Of a stretch of 64,000 bases of DNA, positions 63,295-64,000 are shown in pieces. A model generated the notes under the pieces. The model saw nothing but the letters and a program-made list of their open reading frames with translations, was not told the DNA's origin and ran no database searches. Within the stretch, counting starts at the first letter, position 1, and every line of letters begins with the position of its first letter. A program made the position numbers and the translations under genes. Location of the stretch: contig RSEE01000059.1 in the NCBI GenBank assembly GCA_003971905.1, forward strand, positions 248,001 to 312,000, given 5' to 3'. Source of the DNA: Moniliella sp. 'wahieum'. Taxonomy: Eukaryota.

Positions 63295-64000
63295 GGCGGT
63301 GGTGGTGAAGGCGGGGTGCGGGCAGGGGCGCTGCTGGCCCGCAGCAAGCATTCATCCAGCGCCGCTGGAGCCGGGGCGGGCGTGTCGATCCGATCGTGGA
63401 TCGAGGCGGGCGCGGCAGCAGCGGCGCCACGTGGACGCTGCCCCCGTGCGCGGGCGGCGGAGGTGCGGTGTGCGCTGCCAACACCAACACTCGCGGCAGA
63501 GCAGCGCAGTGCCAGCTGCAATGGAACACTCCTCCCAGCCAACATCACGTGATGCCGCAGCGGACTCTAACGTTCAGCGGACGGAGGTGCACGTGCATTC
63601 AATCAGGAGGACGGCGAAGATGCTCTCCCCACAGCAGCCTTCTGGACCGCAAAATACACAGTGTTAGTAGCGTCGGAGCAGTTCGCTGTGGGTTTATCTC
63701 GTCTCTATGCTCGCTTCTCAACGAGCATGCTTGGTTTTGGCCTTGTTTGGCGGCGCTGTTCAATGATCGAGACGGATCATCTGCATACTGACATGGGTTC
63801 CTATGCCGCATGCACAGCGGACAGGCAAACAAGAGCGGATGCTGCAATGGTATCTATGCCGCACATGGTACAATGCCAGAACGACAGGGGTGGAAATACA
63901 CGCGGTCCACAGGAAGAGCCCATTCGTTCTTGCCCCGTTTCAATCCTCGCTAACCATGGGGATAAAGAACTGCCGTTCAGGTCAGTTGGGACCACAATCA

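Overview
GC-rich eukaryotic DNA from a fungus, most likely a basidiomycete of the Ustilaginomycotina (inferred from short GT-AG introns with CTRAC branch sites, gene content and intergenic heptamer arrays). About 22 protein-coding loci are supported. Recognisable ones are a Dap1/MAPR cytochrome b5-like protein, MPC2, Tpa1/OGFOD1, a peroxisomal TesB thioesterase, shugoshin, a 2-methylcitrate/citrate synthase, a MAM3-like CNNM protein, a TBC Rab-GAP, MIC19, a Ubl-AN1 zinc finger protein, an atypical mitochondrial carrier, NRAMP, a TCD ThiF-family protein, methylcrotonyl-CoA carboxylase alpha, a STIMATE-family protein, an adhesin-like membrane protein and phosphoacetylglucosamine mutase; several others are hypothetical. 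There is also an intron-containing tRNA-Tyr(GTA), a dispersed LTR-like repeat in three copies and a decayed retroelement region. Many genes carry apparent single-base frameshifts, probably assembly errors, so gene ends are approximate. The most striking unexplained signal is a recurrent intergenic grammar, (T[C/G]A-N4)n: TGA/TCA triplets held in strict 7-bp phase while the 4-bp spacer changes and is often palindromic. All calls were made by eye from the sequence; no searches were run.
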